A stretch of 64,000 nt of DNA, taken from the NCBI GenBank assembly GCA_964650305.1, contig CAZYST010000002.1, forward strand, positions 26,887 through 90,886, read 5' to 3'. The stretch comes from an uncultured Lachnospiraceae bacterium. GTDB lineage: Bacteria; Bacillota; Clostridia; TANB77; CAG-508. The translations under genes and the position numbers were made by a program. Below, piece after piece: positions 10,057 to 21,200 of the stretch (its first letter is position 1; the number at the start of each line of letters is the position of its first letter). The notes under the pieces were generated by a model, which saw only the letters and a list, made by a program, of their open reading frames with translations, was not told where the DNA came from and did not search any database.

Positions 10057-13000
10057 TTATTTTATAGGTCTTTTCTTAATCTTAGTTATAATAAATTTTG
10101 TTGTGAATACTATTATCACTAATACTACTGCAATTATTCCTATTACCATTAATCCACTTGATGTTTTTTCCACAACATCTTTTATTACTCTGTCAGTCTT
10201 TGTTAAACCTGTAGGTGGTGTAAATGTTATTCTTTCTGCTGCACTTGTGTCTGTCTCTTCTGTTGAAGTTTTCCACTCACCGTTCTCTATCTTAGCATTA
10301 CCTATTGTTGTAATAAAGTTTGTTCTTCTACCACTTGTAACTGTGAATTGAATAACTTCTGCTACGTTTTCATATGTCATATCTTTTGATTCTGTTTCTT
10401 GTGCTACAAGTTTAGATAATGTTAATAATATTTGACCTTCATATGCTTCTGGATTCTCTTTAATACCTGAAACTGTTTTCTTACCTGCTGTACCTTCTGT
10501 TACATTATATGTAAGTGGTGTTAAGAATCTTGAAATTGATTTGTTTTTAATTTCTAATGCTTGTTCTCCATATTCATCATCTTTTGTTCTATCAGATACT
10601 GAAACTGCTAAGTTTGTTCTTAATATATCTGTACCTTTTACGCTATCATATGATACTCCATTTCTATCTAATAGTCCAACTCTTGTATTTGTATCTTCTG
10701 ATATGTCTGTAAATACATTATTTCTTTTTAATTTTCCTAGATATCCATCATCATATAGTTCTTTTGCTGTTGTAGTTCCCCAATATCCATTTGTATCACT
10801 ATTTTCTGTTGATTTAAATACTAAGTCATTATCTACATAGTCTAATATCTTATCAAACTTAATTTGTGCAATTTCATCATTATCTGATACTGTTGAATTG
10901 TAATAGTAATCACCTAAATATCTACCATAATATCCATTACCTCTTCCTGCATCAACATCTGTTGGATAATATGCTTTCTTCAAGCCAACTCTATAGATAT
11001 CTTTATTTTCGTCAACCCTATACATTTCATTTACTAAGATGTTACTTGCTGTTCCTGCTGCTGTGTATTCTGTATCATATAAACTATATGATCCTGATGT
11101 TGCATTTGCATTTGTTATTCTATTTGTACCTACAATCTTCTTACTGCTTTCGTTTACCATATATAATTTATCTGATACTAATGCACTAGATATAAATCCA
11201 AATCTCTTATTGTAATCTTTTTCAGTGTATTCTTCATCTGTTAGCATTTCTTTTAAAGTACCACTCTCTACATTTGTGTATGCTGCAGGATTATTATCTT
11301 TAAATCTTAATTCATCTAAATTAACACCTATTCTGTCTATCTCACTTACGTTTTCTGCTGTAAATCTATATTGAATTGTTACTGTAGAACCTTGTAAAAT
11401 TTCCTCATCTATATTTATAAATACAAATCCTTGTCCAATAAGTTTTTCATCTATTATGTTTCTATCTACGAAGTCTGTATATTCATTGCTTAAGAATTGT
11501 GTATTTTCTAATCCTATAGATCTAGTTCTATCTATACTATGAACTCTACTTATAATCTCACCTGCTGCGTTTCTTTCTATTTCCGTATTTACATAAATTC
11601 TTAGTAATTCTGTTCCATCAGATGTTACTAAACTAATATTGTCAATTTCTTTTACTAAATTTACTTGAGATTCTGGTCTATATTCAATACCAAAGTTTAC
11701 ATTGTTTATTGCGAAGTTTCTTTGACTTATGTGTTCATTCAACATGTTTGTTAATTTCTCATACATAAATGTTGCACTTGACATTGGTTTTACTGAAAGA
11801 TAATTGTTCATTTGAGTACTTGTCATCTTTTCAGGTTTTACTATAAATCTTACTGTTTCTGCATTCATTGCTGTATTTCTTAATAATGTTTCTATTAAAC
11901 CATCTGCTTCTGATTTTTCTTCTGCTGTCATATCATCATAATCATAGTTACTTCTTAATATTTCTGCTTTTTCATTTATCATTTTCTCAGAGTAAGCTAT
12001 AGTATTTAATCTATCAATTTCATCATCTCTAGCATCATTGTTTGTTTCTTCTTCTAGCTTTTGAATTATAGTATCATTGTCATCTGTATCTAAAGCTGAT
12101 GTATATTTTGTTGATTTGTAATCTTGACCGTTGAATATTGCCATATCTGTTATTATCTCATTTTCTCCTTCAACATAGTCACCATATCCAAATCTTACAA
12201 TATAGTATCCAGGTTTAAATCCATATAATACATATTCACCATCATCATTTGTTCTTGTTGTAAATTGTTTTAATGTAAAGTCTTCTGATGTTCCTGTTAT
12301 TTGTTTTAGATATGTATCTGTATTAATAACTTCTTCATAATATCTATCAGGTTCTGTTCCATTACCTTCTACATATACAATTTCTACTAAATCTACTCTT
12401 GCATTTCTAACCATAATATCATTTTCTTCTGATTGAGCTGTACCTTTTAGTTTGTAGTTTTTATCAATATTATCATTAGATTTAGCAAAAGCATTCTTTT
12501 TATCTTCTGCTTGTAAGTAACCATTACCACTATATTGTTCATTTGTTTCGCCAGCACTTCCTGGTTCAGATCTAGAATCATCCCAAACAAGTCCTCTTAT
12601 TGTTCTTATAAATTCTTTTGTGTTTGGATCCGGATCTGGATTTTCAGGAGTTGTTGGTGTTGGAACTGGATTTCTAGGAACTGTCATTGTTACACCTATT
12701 TTATATGTATCATCTTCATAAAATTCTACATTATCTATTGATTCATTTGCTTGTTGACTTGCTCCTGTATTTGGCTCTGCATTTCCAAGTCCTAAGTTAT
12801 CTGGATTTGAATTTCTATCTACTAAACCTGCTGGTCTTACATCAAATCCTAAAGGTGTTGTTTTTACTGTTGCTGTTTGACCTGTTGTGTCATAGTTCTT
12901 GTACCATGTAGAGTATGCACTTATTTCACCAATTCCTTCCGTTCCCCTACCATATTTGTCTTTTAATCTATCTTTAACTTCTTCTGTTATCTTTAAGTTT

Positions 13001-16000
13001 CTAGAATCTGTACTGTCTAAAGGAGTTAAAATATTTCTTGCTTCTTCTTTTCCTTCTTTATCAACTATATATTTAATAAAGATTTCTACACTTTCGCCTT
13101 CTTCTAATTGTACATTGTTAAATCCTCTAATATATAGTTTATTGTATCCATCAGCATCATATATTGAATCTCTGCTTGTTAATTCTCTGTTGTAATTGCT
13201 TGTATTAGATAATTTTAATCCAGTTGGTTCTGTTTCGCCTTCTTTATAATACCAAGCTTTAGCAATTTCAAGTTTCTTATCTACTAGTTTTACAGCATTT
13301 ACATCTTCTGCATCTTCTGCATTTTCAGCAACTTTAATTGTTACAACTTCATTTTCACCTAGTCTATTAATTTGTTCTTCTGTCATTGATGGATAATCTG
13401 CTGTTTCATTATCTTTGTCTGTGTATCCACTTCCTGATTCTAGTACATTTTTGTATGCATTTTCTACTTCTTGAGTATATTCTATAAAGTTTTCATCATA
13501 GTAGTCTGCAACTTCATCGATTGTTACTAAAACCTCTCTATCTGGATCTTTCATGTTTAATTCATCTTGTATAATTTCTTCATTTGTTATTGTTATTTTG
13601 AATGTTACTTCTATATTTAGCTCACTATTTTGTGTCTTGTAATCTCTTACTACTTTATGTTCATAGTCTTCATATCTATAGTAGTAATCTGATTCATATA
13701 ACTCTAATTCATAATTTTTATTGTCTATGTACTTACCATTTGTTTCATTAAATTCTTCGCCTGTTGCTCCTTGTGCTTCTTCATCTGTTAAGTACTTACC
13801 ATCTTTAATTAATATTTCATTATTCTTTACTCCGTTTTGATTATAATCATATGTTATTTGCTCACCATTTACTGTTGTTGTTATAGAATATAAATCTTTT
13901 GCAAGAGAAACATTTACATCTTCACGTTTTACTAAACCTAAGTTCATGTATTTTAAGTATTCTGTTTCTGGTAATTTGTAATCATTTCCTTGTTTGAATA
14001 AGAATAATGTTTTTGTATTTTCTAGACTCTTATTTACTCCTCTATCTTTATAGCTATTTATTTCACCATCTACTGGAATTACATCTTTCTTGATAAATGT
14101 TCTAGCTGTCATAACTCTTTCAATGTGATTTTCTGAATTTGGAGCATCAATTGCATCTAGTAATGATGTATGTCCTGTTTTTGAATATGTAAGTTCAGAT
14201 GTATCTTTGCCTGTTCTTTCATCTATTGTTTTATTATCTTCATTTTCATCTGCTTTGTATGCTTTGTTGTATCCTATTGTTTCGAAGTTTTCATCAAATT
14301 CATCTCTTACATCTGTAAATTCAAATGCATTTGAATCTTTTATGTATTTTTCAGCATCAGAATTTGTTGGAAGCCATTTTTCATCTATATTGTTTTGACC
14401 ATAGTTTGGATTTACTTCTTCTGTTCTTCCACCATAGTTTTCTGTTGCTTTATATGTTACACCATCATATTCAAATTCAATATAGTATTCATAATATTTG
14501 CTAGAATCTGAATATCTACCACCTGATTGATAGTAATCTGTTACTTTGTTTCCATATTCTTTTCCGTCAGCTTTATCTACTCTTTCAAATGTATAGAATC
14601 CATTTTCTCCTAATTTATTTGCCTTTGTCTTTGTTGTACCTATTTTTTCTTCATTGCCATTATGTACTCTATATAGATTTACTGTTATGTCATTAAATCT
14701 ATTCTCATCATTTTCATCTTCCATATATCCGTCTTTATCATCATCTAAGAATACTTTACCAGCCATAACTAAATCTTTTAATCTTACATATTCTTGTGTT
14801 ATTTCTTCATCATTGATATTTCTATCAATTTCTGGATTATTTAATGTTGGTCTTTCATACACAATTCTATCTTTAGCAGCTTCGTCTTTCTTTTTCTCTC
14901 CATCTAATTCTTTATGGTTTATATTAGTTAATTCTGTAAAGAAAGATGTGTTTTCTAAGTTTAGTAAGAACATGTTATTTTCTTCTATTTCTACTTTTAC
15001 AAAGTAAATTAACATATCTCCTGGATCTAGTATAGTTTTATTATCTATTTCAAATTCATATGTATTATTTCCTAAATCATGTTGTGTGAATTTTACATTA
15101 TCATTTTTTACTTCTCCACCAGATCCAAATATCATAGCTTTTACATCAATTAGTTTTAATCCTGTGTCTAAAATTTCTCTAACTTTTGTTGGCCTTACTT
15201 GTGTTCCTTGTTTTCCACCATATGCTACTTGATCTGCCGAAATTTCTTTATCTTCATTTGTTAATCTAATTGAGTAAACAATTTGCTCTGTTTTTTCAAC
15301 TTCAAATGGTTGTGCAAATCTTTCAGATTCGTCTATTCCAAATCTTACTGTATCTTCATAGTCGTCTCTATTTCCGCCTGGATTATTGAAGAATTTATCT
15401 CCTACTGTTGATGTTTCATTTTCTGTAAATCCAATCTTATTATTTTCGTTCATCATTGATGCATCATATGAACTTACATATTTATCTATTTGTAAATCGT
15501 AATCATTTAAAATATATGAATCTTTTGATTCCCATTTAGTTTGCTCATTTCCATTCTTATCTACAACTACTATTGGTCCATTATCATCTATAGTTCTTAC
15601 GTAATCTTTCCACTCAGAGTCTGTAGTTCTATTTCTTGTAATTAACTTAGCAGTATTTGTATACGTTCCTTCTAAGCTTTCTACTACCATCGTTACTGTA
15701 AATGATGCCTTACCTTTAGGATTTATTTCAATTATAACTTTTTCTAAGTCATCCATTGATGTTATTTCTTTTTTATTTCCATTTGAAGTAAATTGTCCAT
15801 CAATACTTGAAGAAAAATTAGCTTTAACAAAAGTAGCATCTTTTGGTAATTCATCTGTTGCTCTTACTTTTACACCAAAAGCTGAATTATTTTCTATTTC
15901 AATCTTAAATGTTACATAATCGCCAAATTCTGAATATACAGGTTTTGCATTCTTTTCATCTTCTGATAATTTACTTCTAAAATCTCCTTTTTTCATCGTA

Positions 16001-18252
16001 GAATCATAACCTGTTATTGTTCTACCATTTATATGATTTACATCATATATATATTTATTTATTTCTACATTTGCTATTAATGGAATATCCTTTAATAAAC
16101 ATTCTAATCTATTATCTTTAACTTTGGCTTCTTTTACAGCCAATAATTTCTGAGCATGTTTCATTCCCAAGTCTTCACATGTCCAGTCAAATTTTACACA
16201 TGTAAAATGTCCATGTGCACATTTTGTTCCTTCTTTTCCATTATTATCTCCTTGTTTATATGTAGAATTACCATAGCATTTATGTTTTCCATTACAAGAA
16301 AAATTTCCTGTTCCACTTTTACAATTTCTTTCTCCATACACTCCAGCATGATTTCCATTATAATGTCCATGTGAACAATAATTTTTTCTACATGGATCAC
16401 ACTTACAAGAATCTTCGTGTTCATGTCTAGTATAGTGCCATCCTGTTTTTACTCCATTTGAATCATAATCATATTCCTTTCCTGCATTAAGTTCTCCATC
16501 ACAATTACAATATCTTCTGTCAAATCCATTATGACATGAATAATGATCTTGAGAATATCCATGTTGACAATAGCTAGGACTTCCATATTGTGAACAAAAA
16601 TATGAATGATATTTATTTGTTGTAATTTCTTTACCATCTACTACTTGTGCTGATTTAGAATATCTAGAAAGAGTTCTTGGTTGATATCCACAAAAATCAC
16701 AATAATATTTACAATTTGTATATTCTCCCATTGCAAAATCAGACATTGCTTCTCCATCTTCATCATCATCATCTTTTAATGTAATATTGGTTGTTCTTGG
16801 TATTAATTTTCCATCCCATTCTAATAGTCTAAATTCGCCATTCAAATCCCATCCAGAACCTTCTGCTGTTAAATATTTATATGTAAATTTTAGTTCTTTT
16901 ACTTTAGTTGCATTTCCACATTCTGCTCTATTTACTTTTACATAGAATTTTGAACCTGGAGCTGGATATTGATAATTTCCTGTCATATCTGGAGATACCC
17001 ATGTTTCTTTATTATCATAACGACTCCCTGTAATATGCATTGACGGTACATCTGAATATCCTTCTACATATTCAAAATTATCTTTTTTTAGTTCTATGGT
17101 TGTTCCATTATCTAATACAAGTTCTGCTTTTACAATTCCACAAATTAAGCCATTATAAAAATCTTTTTCACTTGTAGACATATTCTTTACAAATTCTGCA
17201 TTTATTTCAGACTCCTTAGAAAATTGTTGCACATCTGAAGACCAAGCATATGTATATTCAGCTACTTTTATTGGACCTATCTTGTATTTTGAATCTTCTT
17301 TTTCATCTATTATTGTTCCTGTATTTTTTATATTTGTTTCATCTGTTGTAGTAGACAAATCAGGAGTCACTATATTTTCAAGTTTAAATTCTTCTACAGC
17401 TTTTGCTGCTCTATATAATGCTTGACCATTAGTTAGCGCTGCACTATCATTTATCGTATTTCCACCCAAAGTTCCTTTTTCATTTAACCAATTTGCAATT
17501 TGTGCTCTATCATTTTTATAATATGCTCTTTGTGAATAAGCCATAATATATGCTGTGGAAGTACTAAATTTTCTAGAAGAAAATTCATAATTCAACCTTG
17601 TTTTTGTAAATTGTTTATATACAACTTCTCTTACAATATCTCTTTCATGTACAGTCTTTGTCTCTGATTCAACGCTTCCACCTGTAACTGTACCACTTTG
17701 ATCGACATCAACTTCCAAAACTAATCCTTTACTACAAGAGTAAGGTCTATAATCTTCTATTGCATCATGATATACATCATCAGTATTTTTGTCGTTTGTA
17801 TCTGTATTTGTATCTTCTAGTGCATGAAACATATTTATCTTTCTACTTTTATATGCTGGCAAAGGTTTACCTGGCTCTGAACAAAATATAGATGTATTAT
17901 ATTTTAATGAGTCAAGCCATCCATATTTGCTTCCATATGTTTGTGCATTAATCTCACTTTTTACTGCACCATAATTTTTTATACCTGTATTTCCAGCAGC
18001 TGATTCATAAGATGTTCCTGTACTGCCATCACTTGCATATATAGCATATCCTCTATGTTCTCTAATTACAGAATTTTCAGCTATTCTATTTCCTGATGTT
18101 ATTTTCTCTACTGTATTTAAATTTATATTATCTTCTTTTGCTTCTAAAGCTTCTACATTTGGAGCAGAGATATATGCAATAATCGAATACATCACTGCTA
18201 CTGTTAACATTAATATTGATATTTTAACTCTTTTATTTTTCATATTCTCCAC
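10057..18252 (-). CDS. Giant surface protein, B-type paralogue (B1, up to 2731 aa): signal peptide, thioester-domain-like N-region, Cys/His-rich segment, DUF11-like Ig domains, two SdrD-B-like domains, Pro-rich linker, C-terminal TM plus basic tail
   Basis: Uninterrupted ORF. The track start 18252 is GTG; ATG at 18243 preceded by GGGGGTGGAG is the more likely start. Motifs: IFCSEPGKPLP and RAQIANW; VFLDDDKDGYMEDENDENRFNDITVNLYRV; PVPTPTTPENPDPDPN; GLVWDDSRSEPG...DDGEYVLYGFKPGYYIVRF. C-terminus GLMVIGIIAVVLVIIVFTTKFIITKIKKRPIK. Confidence 0.85.
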   Translation of the reverse strand: MENMKNKRVKISILMLTVAVMYSIIAYISAPNVEALEAKEDNINLNTVEKITSGNRIAENSVIREHRGYAIYASDGSTGTSYESAAGNTGIKNYGAVKSEINAQTYGSKYGWLDSLKYNTSIFCSEPGKPLPAYKSRKINMFHALEDTNTDTNDKNTDDVYHDAIEDYRPYSCSKGLVLEVDVDQSGTVTGGSVESETKTVHERDIVREVVYKQFTKTRLNYEFSSRKFSTSTAYIMAYSQRAYYKNDRAQIANWLNEKGTLGGNTINDSAALTNGQALYRAAKAVEEFKLENIVTPDLSTTTDETNIKNTGTIIDEKEDSKYKIGPIKVAEYTYAWSSDVQQFSKESEINAEFVKNMSTSEKDFYNGLICGIVKAELVLDNGTTIELKKDNFEYVEGYSDVPSMHITGSRYDNKETWVSPDMTGNYQYPAPGSKFYVKVNRAECGNATKVKELKFTYKYLTAEGSGWDLNGEFRLLEWDGKLIPRTTNITLKDDDDEDGEAMSDFAMGEYTNCKYYCDFCGYQPRTLSRYSKSAQVVDGKEITTNKYHSYFCSQYGSPSYCQHGYSQDHYSCHNGFDRRYCNCDGELNAGKEYDYDSNGVKTGWHYTRHEHEDSCKCDPCRKNYCSHGHYNGNHAGVYGERNCKSGTGNFSCNGKHKCYGNSTYKQGDNNGKEGTKCAHGHFTCVKFDWTCEDLGMKHAQKLLAVKEAKVKDNRLECLLKDIPLIANVEINKYIYDVNHINGRTITGYDSTMKKGDFRSKLSEDEKNAKPVYSEFGDYVTFKIEIENNSAFGVKVRATDELPKDATFVKANFSSSIDGQFTSNGNKKEITSMDDLEKVIIEINPKGKASFTVTMVVESLEGTYTNTAKLITRNRTTDSEWKDYVRTIDDNGPIVVVDKNGNEQTKWESKDSYILNDYDLQIDKYVSSYDASMMNENNKIGFTENETSTVGDKFFNNPGGNRDDYEDTVRFGIDESERFAQPFEVEKTEQIVYSIRLTNEDKEISADQVAYGGKQGTQVRPTKVREILDTGLKLIDVKAMIFGSGGEVKNDNVKFTQHDLGNNTYEFEIDNKTILDPGDMLIYFVKVEIEENNMFLLNLENTSFFTELTNINHKELDGEKKKDEAAKDRIVYERPTLNNPEIDRNINDEEITQEYVRLKDLVMAGKVFLDDDKDGYMEDENDENRFNDITVNLYRVHNGNEEKIGTTKTKANKLGENGFYTFERVDKADGKEYGNKVTDYYQSGGRYSDSSKYYEYYIEFEYDGVTYKATENYGGRTEEVNPNYGQNNIDEKWLPTNSDAEKYIKDSNAFEFTDVRDEFDENFETIGYNKAYKADENEDNKTIDERTGKDTSELTYSKTGHTSLLDAIDAPNSENHIERVMTARTFIKKDVIPVDGEINSYKDRGVNKSLENTKTLFLFKQGNDYKLPETEYLKYMNLGLVKREDVNVSLAKDLYSITTTVNGEQITYDYNQNGVKNNEILIKDGKYLTDEEAQGATGEEFNETNGKYIDNKNYELELYESDYYYRYEDYEHKVVRDYKTQNSELNIEVTFKITITNEEIIQDELNMKDPDREVLVTIDEVADYYDENFIEYTQEVENAYKNVLESGSGYTDKDNETADYPSMTEEQINRLGENEVVTIKVAENAEDAEDVNAVKLVDKKLEIAKAWYYKEGETEPTGLKLSNTSNYNRELTSRDSIYDADGYNKLYIRGFNNVQLEEGESVEIFIKYIVDKEGKEEARNILTPLDSTDSRNLKITEEVKDRLKDKYGRGTEGIGEISAYSTWYKNYDTTGQTATVKTTPLGFDVRPAGLVDRNSNPDNLGLGNAEPNTGASQQANESIDNVEFYEDDTYKIGVTMTVPRNPVPTPTTPENPDPDPNTKEFIRTIRGLVWDDSRSEPGSAGETNEQYSGNGYLQAEDKKNAFAKSNDNIDKNYKLKGTAQSEENDIMVRNARVDLVEIVYVEGNGTEPDRYYEEVINTDTYLKQITGTSEDFTLKQFTTRTNDDGEYVLYGFKPGYYIVRFGYGDYVEGENEIITDMAIFNGQDYKSTKYTSALDTDDNDTIIQKLEEETNNDARDDEIDRLNTIAYSEKMINEKAEILRSNYDYDDMTAEEKSEADGLIETLLRNTAMNAETVRFIVKPEKMTSTQMNNYLSVKPMSSATFMYEKLTNMLNEHISQRNFAINNVNFGIEYRPESQVNLVKEIDNISLVTSDGTELLRIYVNTEIERNAAGEIISRVHSIDRTRSIGLENTQFLSNEYTDFVDRNIIDEKLIGQGFVFINIDEEILQGSTVTIQYRFTAENVSEIDRIGVNLDELRFKDNNPAAYTNVESGTLKEMLTDEEYTEKDYNKRFGFISSALVSDKLYMVNESSKKIVGTNRITNANATSGSYSLYDTEYTAAGTASNILVNEMYRVDENKDIYRVGLKKAYYPTDVDAGRGNGYYGRYLGDYYYNSTVSDNDEIAQIKFDKILDYVDNDLVFKSTENSDTNGYWGTTTAKELYDDGYLGKLKRNNVFTDISEDTNTRVGLLDRNGVSYDSVKGTDILRTNLAVSVSDRTKDDEYGEQALEIKNKSISRFLTPLTYNVTEGTAGKKTVSGIKENPEAYEGQILLTLSKLVAQETESKDMTYENVAEVIQFTVTSGRRTNFITTIGNAKIENGEWKTSTEETDTSAAERITFTPPTGLTKTDRVIKDVVEKTSSGLMVIGIIAVVLVIIVFTTKFIITKIKKRPIK

Positions 18253-18256
18253 CCCC

Positions 18257-21200
18257 TTATTTATATACTTTCTTCAGTTTAGATTTTTCTTTCGACTTGT
18301 TTTTGTACGTTATGTTTATTTTAAATTTGCTTAAATCTACTTTTCCAGTCTTATCTAGCATTATAGCTATTAGTATTAGTAGCACCGCTATTGCTAATAG
18401 TATCTGTGGTGCTCTACCTGTACTTACAGTAACAATTAATTCTTGTGTTGCTGTATTTCCTTCTTTATTTTCCTCTAATCCTTCTTTTGTTACCAATGAT
18501 GCAATTTCTGCTTTATTGCTAAATGTTCCTGTATTATCTGTTGTCATTTGTTTTTCTAATATTATTGTTAATTCTTTCTTCTCACCAGGTTTTATTTCTG
18601 TATTTTTTAATGTTTCATTATATAAATTTCCATCTGTACCTTTATACCAACCATTATTTTCTTTTTCATTAAATATCATATCTTTTGGCATATAGTCTAA
18701 TACTTTTTCTGCAGTTCCAGAAACATTTCCTGTATTTTCTACTACTATTTTGTATTCTAATTTTATTTTTGTATTTTTTAAATTTTTAGATTTTATTTCA
18801 AGTTTTGCTATTTCTTTATTTTCAAATTCTTCTGTTTTGTCTTTGCAATTTGTTGTTACTATTGCTTTTGTTATATATTTGCTTACTTTTAAATCAAATT
18901 TATCTTTACTCTTTAATCCAAAATCTATATTTGTAATATCTGAATCTGTTATAGTTAATGTATTTGTCATAGCAACACCATCAACATTTTCAGAAGCATC
19001 TGAATTTTTATCTTCATCTACACCAGATTTTTTATACACCGTACCTACATATTTATTTGAATCATATATAAATGTTAATGTATATTTACCTACTGATAAT
19101 CCTTCAAATCTATATGTCCCTGTGCTATCTGTTGTGCAAGCTTTTATCATCTTCCCATCTTTATTTAATTGCACTTTTACTCCTGAAAGTTTTTCTTCAT
19201 TTTCGTCTTTTTTGCCATCTTGATTTTTATCAAACCAAGTTTGACCTGTTATTTTATATGTTTTTTCTTCTACTTTTGTTTCCTCTTTTTTGTTTGTTGT
19301 ACTATTGGCATTATTGTTATTAGTGTTGTTATTATTATTTGTATTTTCAGAACTATTTAAATAACTATCATCAACAACAGGATTTTTTATAGTATTATTT
19401 TTTTCTTCTTCTTTTTCTTCTTCGTTTGTTAATGGTCTATTTGGATTTTTAGCTATAGTAATATCTAAATTATTTACTTCTATTTCACCTGTTGTTTTTT
19501 CTGTTAGTTGTCCATAAACTGTTATCTTTTTAAAACTTTCACTTTCTGATAAAACTTTTGGTATTACTTTTATTATTAAAGATGATTTTCTATCAATATC
19601 TAATTTTGATAATTTACCTATTACAACATTATCGTTTATTTCTGTCCTTATTTGTGAATTTCCTTCATAAGATACTCTTTTTATTTCTAATTCTTCTGGT
19701 ATTTTTATTTTTGTTTCTATTTCGTTTGCCATTCCTTTTCCATCATTGGAAATATTTAGCACAATACTAAATTCTTCACCCTCTAAAGCATTTTCATTTC
19801 CTAAACTTGATGATTGTGCTACTATTAGTTTAGGTCCAAAAACTTCAAATGCTATTTTAGTTCCTAGTTCATCTTTATTGTCTTTTGATTTTACTACTAC
19901 TTGATTTGTTAATTCTTCACTTCCTGTGTTTATCATTCTTGTAATTTTACATTTAATATACATTCTTGTTGTAGCATCTACTTCTAAATCCCCTAAATTT
20001 ATTGTTAATAAATTAGTTTCTTCATCATAAGTATATTCATGTTCTTCATCATTTACTTCTAAACCTGTAACTATAATTTCTTTTGGTAATTTATCTTCTA
20101 TTAATATATCTTTTTGAATTGTTTCAGAAATATTTTTAATTGATACAGTATAATCAAATTCATCTCCTACTTCTAAATCCACTTTTGAATATTTTTCTAC
20201 AGCTGTACGTATATCAAAATTACATTTCTTTAATTTATTTTTAACTGTATTTGTTGTAATTTCTTTTGCCAAATTTCCAATTGTGACTTTAGCTGTATTT
20301 TCTACATATAATTCTGGTATTTCTGTTATATATTGTTTATTTCCGTTTTCGTCTATTTCAAATACACCTGTTTCATCCCAAGATTTATTATATAATATTT
20401 TATATTCATCCAATGTTTTTGGTAATTCTTGTGTTCTTACAATAAATGATTTTTCTACTACTTCACCAGCTTTTATTTCATCTATATTCCATTTTGCTTC
20501 TGCATCATTTGTCTCTTGATATCCATCATCTGTTAAGTCAGCATATATACCTTTTCCACAAATTCTAGTTAATTTTGGTGTTTCATTTATTATAGTTACA
20601 TCTTTTGCATCTATACTTCCTATATTGCTAACTATAATTGTATATTTTAAGAATTTTGCTTCATATACATCAGCTCCGTCTCCAATGTCAACATTCATTA
20701 TAGCTTCTACTTTTGGACCAGCTTCTGTTTCTAGCACAATTTTATCAGCAGATGAGCTTTCATATACTACTGCTACATCTGTTATATTGTTATAATATGC
20801 TCCAAAACTTCCTACTAATTTTGATTCATATGGTAGATTTTCAGGTATTTCAAAATCATAAGAATATTGTAATGAAGCACCATTTTCTACTAATCCATTT
20901 ACCACTATCAAGAAAGATTTTACATGTGTTAAATCTTCTACTTGTGTTGTCCAACCATTTGATTCATCATTTAAATTTTTATTTGCTTTTTCATTCGCTG
21001 AATAGTAAATTGTTGCTCCAGCTGAATTTGATGGATCTGTTTGTATTAGATCTTTTAATGTTATATTTATATTTGTTCCTAATTCTTCACCACTTATTAC
21101 ATCTGTATTTCCTTTAAATGGTACTCTTCCTAGCATTACTATATCTGTACATTTATTTCCTGTATTATTTAATACTACTAAATCCATTGTTGCTGTTATT

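Noticed and set aside
16194-16637. Two minus-strand ORFs (16194-16424 and 16449-16637) nested inside the 2731-aa gene.
   Set aside because: They are alternative frames of the Cys/His-rich segment. The TGT/CAT/GGA/AAT-rich codon content there removes stops in other frames, and there is no independent start context.
16177-16713. The Cys/His segment considered as a multihaem (c-type cytochrome) module.
   Set aside because: No CxxCH motif is present. The CxxC-type spacings are CDFCG and CDPCR without a following His.
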